DNA from: a virus
Length of the DNA stretch: 61,065 nt
IMG/VR virus record: IMGVR_UViG_3300048015_000019
Span: 1 to 61,065 of that record
Reading direction: 5' to 3' (one strand)
A program made the position numbers and the translations under genes. The notes below the pieces were generated by a model. It saw nothing but the letters and a program-made list of their open reading frames with translations. It did not search any database and had not been told where the DNA came from. Of the stretch, positions 57,666-61,065 are shown piece by piece; position 1 is the first letter of the stretch; each line of letters begins with the position of its first letter.

Positions 57666-59083
57666 TGTCAGTCCCTGCGCTTTATCCCGATCAGCTGGTC
57701 TGGGTGAAAGGCATCAGCGATGCCTTTTGCACCAGCCGGAGCGTGCTTGGTGTCGCGATCACGGGGTTCGGCAAGACCGTCTCGTTCGTCGATATGGCCA
57801 AGCGCGCATCGGCCCGCGGCAAGCGCGTCCTGATCGTGGCGCACCGGATCGAGATCGTGAGGCAGATCGGATTGGCGCTGGCCCGCGCCGGCGTGCCGTT
57901 CGGGTGGGTGTACGCCGGCATGAAACCGGATCCCGATCAGATGGTGCAAGTCGGCATGATCCTGACCGCGGTGAGCCGGCACGAGAAGATGCGCGCACCG
58001 GACGTCATCATCGTGGACGAAGCGCATCATGCCACTGCGTCGAGTTACCGCAAGCTGTTGGCGTTCTGGCCTCGGGCGTTCGTCCTTGGTGTCACTGCCA
58101 CCCCGCAGCGCACCGATGGCACAGGCCTCGGCGACATCTTCGGCGCCATGGTTGTCGGTCCCGATATGCGCGAGTTGATCGCGCGCGGGCGCCTGTCGAA
58201 CTTCCGCTACCTCGCCCCGCCCCAGCGCGTTGATCTGGCGAATGTCGAGGTTCGCGCCGGCGATTACGCGAGCGAGCAACTTGCCGCGGCGATGGACCAG
58301 GCGGCGGTGACCGGTGATGCGATTGCCCACTATGCGCGATATCTCAACGGCCGCCCTGCGATCGCATTCTGCGCCTCGGTGGTGCACGCCGAGCATGTGG
58401 CTGCCGAGTTCCGTGCCGCCGGTTGGCGGGCTGAGTCCGTTGATGGCGGCACTGACGAGCTGGTACGGTCTGATCGCATCGCGGCGATCGGCGATGGCCG
58501 GCTGAATGTGCTGACTAGCTGCGACATCATCAGCGAGGGAACAGACATTCCCGCGGTTGCTGGTGCGCTGCTGCTGCGTCCGACCAAGAGCCTAATCATC
58601 TACCTGCAGCAGATCGGCCGCGTGTTGAGGCTGAAGCCGGACGGCAGCGATGCGGTCATTCTCGACCACGTTGGCAACGTGTTTCAGCACGGGATGCCAG
58701 ACGAGCCGCGTCAGTGGACGCTGAAGGGCACCAAGGGCCAGCGGCAGGCCGTACCGGAGGTGCGTCAGTGCCCGAAATGCTTCGCGTGCCACGCTCCGGC
58801 GCCACGCTGCCCGCAGTGCCAGCACGTCTACGAGGCCGCCAAGCCGCGACGTGTTGCTCCCGAGCGCGTGGACGGCGAACTGGGTGATGTCACGGCCGAC
58901 CAGATCAAGGCTCGGCGCGCGGCTGAGTTGAAGGCGCAGATTGCTGCCGCGTGGCGACAGCCTACTGACGCGGAGGCGCGCGCCGCGCTGCAGGTGATCG
59001 CCCGCGAGCGGGGCTACAAGCCTGGCTTCGTATGGCAGCAGATGCAGCTGCGGGCCCAGATCCGCGGGAGGCGAGCCGCATGA
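57665..59083 (+). CDS. SF2 DEAD/DEAH-box helicase with a C-terminal zinc ribbon
   Basis: TGFGKTV (motif I), IIVDEAHH (motif II), and CPKCFACHAPAPRCPQCQH. Confidence 0.85.
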   Translation: MSVPALYPDQLVWVKGISDAFCTSRSVLGVAITGFGKTVSFVDMAKRASARGKRVLIVAHRIEIVRQIGLALARAGVPFGWVYAGMKPDPDQMVQVGMILTAVSRHEKMRAPDVIIVDEAHHATASSYRKLLAFWPRAFVLGVTATPQRTDGTGLGDIFGAMVVGPDMRELIARGRLSNFRYLAPPQRVDLANVEVRAGDYASEQLAAAMDQAAVTGDAIAHYARYLNGRPAIAFCASVVHAEHVAAEFRAAGWRAESVDGGTDELVRSDRIAAIGDGRLNVLTSCDIISEGTDIPAVAGALLLRPTKSLIIYLQQIGRVLRLKPDGSDAVILDHVGNVFQHGMPDEPRQWTLKGTKGQRQAVPEVRQCPKCFACHAPAPRCPQCQHVYEAAKPRRVAPERVDGELGDVTADQIKARRAAELKAQIAAAWRQPTDAEARAALQVIARERGYKPGFVWQQMQLRAQIRGRRAA

Positions 59084-59268
59084 ATTACACCTGCTCCGTC
59101 TGCCAATTGCCCGACGTGATCGCCATATCGCCCGGCAGCGAGCCAGAAACCGCACCCGGCGGAATCGTGGTGCAGCGCGGCCAGCCCATCACCGCCTGGT
59201 GCGCGCTTTGCTGGTGTCGGCGGTTTGGGGTGGATCTTTTCTCGATGCCGACGGACGCAGCGCCATGA
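59080..59268 (+). CDS. Small Cys-rich protein (62 aa)
   Basis: ATGA-coupled. CSVCQLP...WCALCWC. Confidence 0.5.
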   Translation: MNYTCSVCQLPDVIAISPGSEPETAPGGIVVQRGQPITAWCALCWCRRFGVDLFSMPTDAAP

Positions 59269-59471
59269 TCACCCAATCCGAACTCCGCACCGTTCTCGTA
59301 AACAAAATTAACGATGCTGGCGGCGTGTGCGCGTTCGCCAAGCAGGCGGGCGTCTCGCATGCGCTGGTGTCGCGCACGGCATCGGGCGAGCTGGAGATCG
59401 GGCCGAGTATTGCAAATGCGCTGGGGTATGTGGCTGTGACGTTCTTCGTGCCGGTGCGGGGTGAAGCATGA
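59265..59471 (+). CDS. Small HTH protein (68 aa)
   Basis: ATGA-coupled. CAFAKQAGVSHALVSRTASG. Confidence 0.55.
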   Translation: MITQSELRTVLVNKINDAGGVCAFAKQAGVSHALVSRTASGELEIGPSIANALGYVAVTFFVPVRGEA

Positions 59472-60868
59472 TCGCACCGGACGAGATGATCGTGGACTTG
59501 TTCGCTGGTGGTGGCGGAGCCAGCCAGGGCATCTACCAGGCGACTGGCCGCCATCCTGACATCGCCGTGAACCATGATGAGACCGCGATTGCTGTGCACG
59601 CGGTGAACCATCCCGATGCCGAACATCTGCAGGCCAGCGTGTGGCACGTCGAGCCGCGCGCTGCGGTCGCCGGCCGCCCAGTTGGGTTGCTCTGGGCGTC
59701 GCCCGATTGCAGGCACTTCAGCCGCGCGAGCGGTGGTCGTCCGAAATGGAAGAGCGTGCGCAGCCTGCCTGGTGTGGTGATCACTTGGGCGACACGGGTG
59801 CGGCCGCGCATGATCGTGGTCGAGAATGTCCGTGAGATGCTTGGATGGGGTCCGCTTCTTGCCGATGGCACTCCCTGCCCAGAGCGCGTCGGTCGTAGCT
59901 TCAATCAGTGGGTCGGGCGGCTGCGCGGGTTGGGCTATCGGGTCGAATGGCGCGAGCTCTGCGCCGCCGATTTCGGAGCGCCCACGATTCGGACGCGCCT
60001 GTTTGTGGTGGCCATGCGCGACGGCGCGCCGATCCGCTGGCCGCAGCCGACGCACAACCGGCGGCCAAGCATGTTTGAGCGCCCTTGGCGCGCGGCGGCC
60101 GAGTGCATCGACTGGTCGATCCCGTGCCCGTCGATCTTCACGCGCACGAAACCGCTGGCCGACGCGACTCTACGCCGGGTGGCCGAGGGTGTGCGTCGTT
60201 ACGTGGTTGAGGCGGCCGAGCCGTTCATCGTTCGGATCGATCACCAATCTAGCGCGAGTGGCACGAACCGCGTGACGGATCCACTTGGGACTGTGACCAG
60301 CAAGGCGCGCCACTGCGTCGTTGTGCCGACGCTGGCAGTGATGAAGGGCATGTCTATCGCAGCCGATGTGTACGAGCCACTGCGCACGATCTGCGCCGGC
60401 GCTCAGCATCATGCCGTTGTTTTCGCCTTTCTCGCCCAGCACAACACCGGCGTCATCGGCCGTTCAGCGCGCGACCCGGTCAGCACCCTGACAACTTGGT
60501 GCAGCCATCAGCAGGTTGTGCAGGCGAGCCTGTCGAGCGAGGACGAGGCGGGTGCACGGCGCGTTGCTGCGTTCTTGATCAGCTACTACGGGCAGGGTGG
60601 CCAGCATCAGCCGATGATGGCACCGCTCGGGGCGATCACCACGCACGATAGGTTTGCCGTTGTGATCGTGGACGGCGCCGCGCTGCCGATCGTTGATATT
60701 GGGATGCGTATGCTGTCGCCGGCCGAGCTGGCTCGAGCGCAAGGTTTTCCGGCTGGATACGTGCTTGATCGCCGATTGGACGGCACGCCGATCACCAAAA
60801 GCCAGCAGGTTCGCCTGATCGGAAACAGCGTGTGCCCGCCCCGGCGGAGGCCGTCATCCGAGCGCTGA
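59468..60868 (+). CDS. dcm: DNA (cytosine-5) methyltransferase; the 3' end is apparently frameshifted (true stop probably 60898-60900)
   Basis: DLFAGGGGAS (motif I), ASPDCRHFS (motif IV variant), VVENV (motif VI), QGFPAGY, IGNSVCPP (motif X). After the C-run at 60839-60842 the other frame reads PAEAVIRALIGAAVERIAA*. Confidence 0.85.
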   Translation: MIAPDEMIVDLFAGGGGASQGIYQATGRHPDIAVNHDETAIAVHAVNHPDAEHLQASVWHVEPRAAVAGRPVGLLWASPDCRHFSRASGGRPKWKSVRSLPGVVITWATRVRPRMIVVENVREMLGWGPLLADGTPCPERVGRSFNQWVGRLRGLGYRVEWRELCAADFGAPTIRTRLFVVAMRDGAPIRWPQPTHNRRPSMFERPWRAAAECIDWSIPCPSIFTRTKPLADATLRRVAEGVRRYVVEAAEPFIVRIDHQSSASGTNRVTDPLGTVTSKARHCVVVPTLAVMKGMSIAADVYEPLRTICAGAQHHAVVFAFLAQHNTGVIGRSARDPVSTLTTWCSHQQVVQASLSSEDEAGARRVAAFLISYYGQGGQHQPMMAPLGAITTHDRFAVVIVDGAALPIVDIGMRMLSPAELARAQGFPAGYVLDRRLDGTPITKSQQVRLIGNSVCPPRRRPSSER

Positions 60869-60896
60869 TTGGCGCCGCGGTCGAGAGGATTGCCGC

Positions 60897-61065
60897 ATGA
60901 ACTCCGGCACCGCTTTACAAAACACGATGCGCTTGGCACTTGGTAAGGTTCGCCATGCTCGACTGTTCCGGAACAACAGAGGGGTGTTCTGGGCCGGCAA
61001 GGTGATCGCGAAAACCGGCACTACCGTGACGCTCGAGCACCCGCGTCGGGTCGAATGTGGGCTTG
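60897..61065 (+). CDS. VRR-NUC nuclease, 5' part (continues at base 128 after circular closure)
   Basis: ATG at 60897 (MNSGTALQNTMRLALGKVRHARLF...) is in frame with window frame 1 across the repeat. Confidence 0.8.
   Translation, partial: MNSGTALQNTMRLALGKVRHARLFRNNRGVFWAGKVIAKTGTTVTLEHPRRVECGL
60939..61065. repeat. Terminal direct repeat, right copy (identical to 1-127)
   Basis: Base-by-base comparison of both ends shows 127/127 identity. Confidence 0.97.

Larger units (their letters stand above)
1..61065. mobile_element. Complete, circularly closed temperate phage genome (about 60,938 bp unique; P22-like tail hub; alphaproteobacterial host inferred)
   Basis: Identical 127-bp ends. Full set of packaging, head, tail, lysis, integration, immunity and replication modules. 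GcrA homologue and GTA-type tail domain point to an alphaproteobacterial host. Confidence 0.8.

Overview
The whole window is one phage genome. Bases 1-127 are identical to bases 60939-61065, so the contig closes into a circle of about 60,938 bp. An ORF (VRR-NUC nuclease) reads cleanly through that junction. The DNA is G+C-rich, and most genes are linked by ATGA, GTGA or TGATG start/stop overlaps.

I read it as a temperate, P22-like podovirus of an alphaproteobacterium. It has a GcrA homologue, a GTA-type tail domain, a P4-type integrase, and an attP core that mimics a tRNA 3' end.

Modules on the circular map:
- **Immunity switch (53.2-54.0 kb):** cI-like repressor, cro-like gene, TTCACC-N5-GGTGAA operators.
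- **Rightward early/replication operon (54.3-61 kb, continuing at 0-2.1 kb):** GcrA-like HTH proteins, SF2 helicase, C5-methyltransferase, VRR-NUC, RepA-like ATPase.
- **Repeat array (2.11-2.25 kb):** GGGACAT repeats and palindromes with an AT-rich tract, a candidate ori or pac.
- **Packaging and head (2.4-12.2 kb):** terS, an HslV/proteasome-like peptidase, four tiny ORFs, terL, portal, GroES-like protein, scaffold, major capsid.
- **Tail and ejection (12.3-32.5 kb):** a GTA-TIM plus O-acetylesterase tail protein, gp4-like adaptor, gp10-like hub, fibres, a transglycosylase, and a 1693-aa ejection protein with a ParB-like domain.
- **Tail-collar fibre plus five exported proteins (32.6-37.3 kb).**
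- **Lysis cassette (37.4-40.0 kb).**
- **Accessory island (40.3-43.2 kb):** orphan methyltransferase, resolvase-like protein, T5orf172.
- **int-attP-xis (43.2-44.9 kb).**
- **Leftward early/recombination operon (44.9-53.2 kb):** ASCH, DUF4326, DUF5131, GcrA, annealing protein, DnaQ exonuclease, YqaJ exonuclease.

The observations I would look at first:
- the cassette of five exported proteins in a late operon;
- the HslV-like Ntn peptidase and the GroES-like protein inside the head module;
- the GGGACAT array;
- the 65-bp element repeated in front of two late operons;
- the multiplied GcrA-type DNA-binding domains together with two methyltransferases;
- two apparent frame anomalies (portal 3' end, dcm 3' end).

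All functional calls come from motif recognition by eye. No database search was run.
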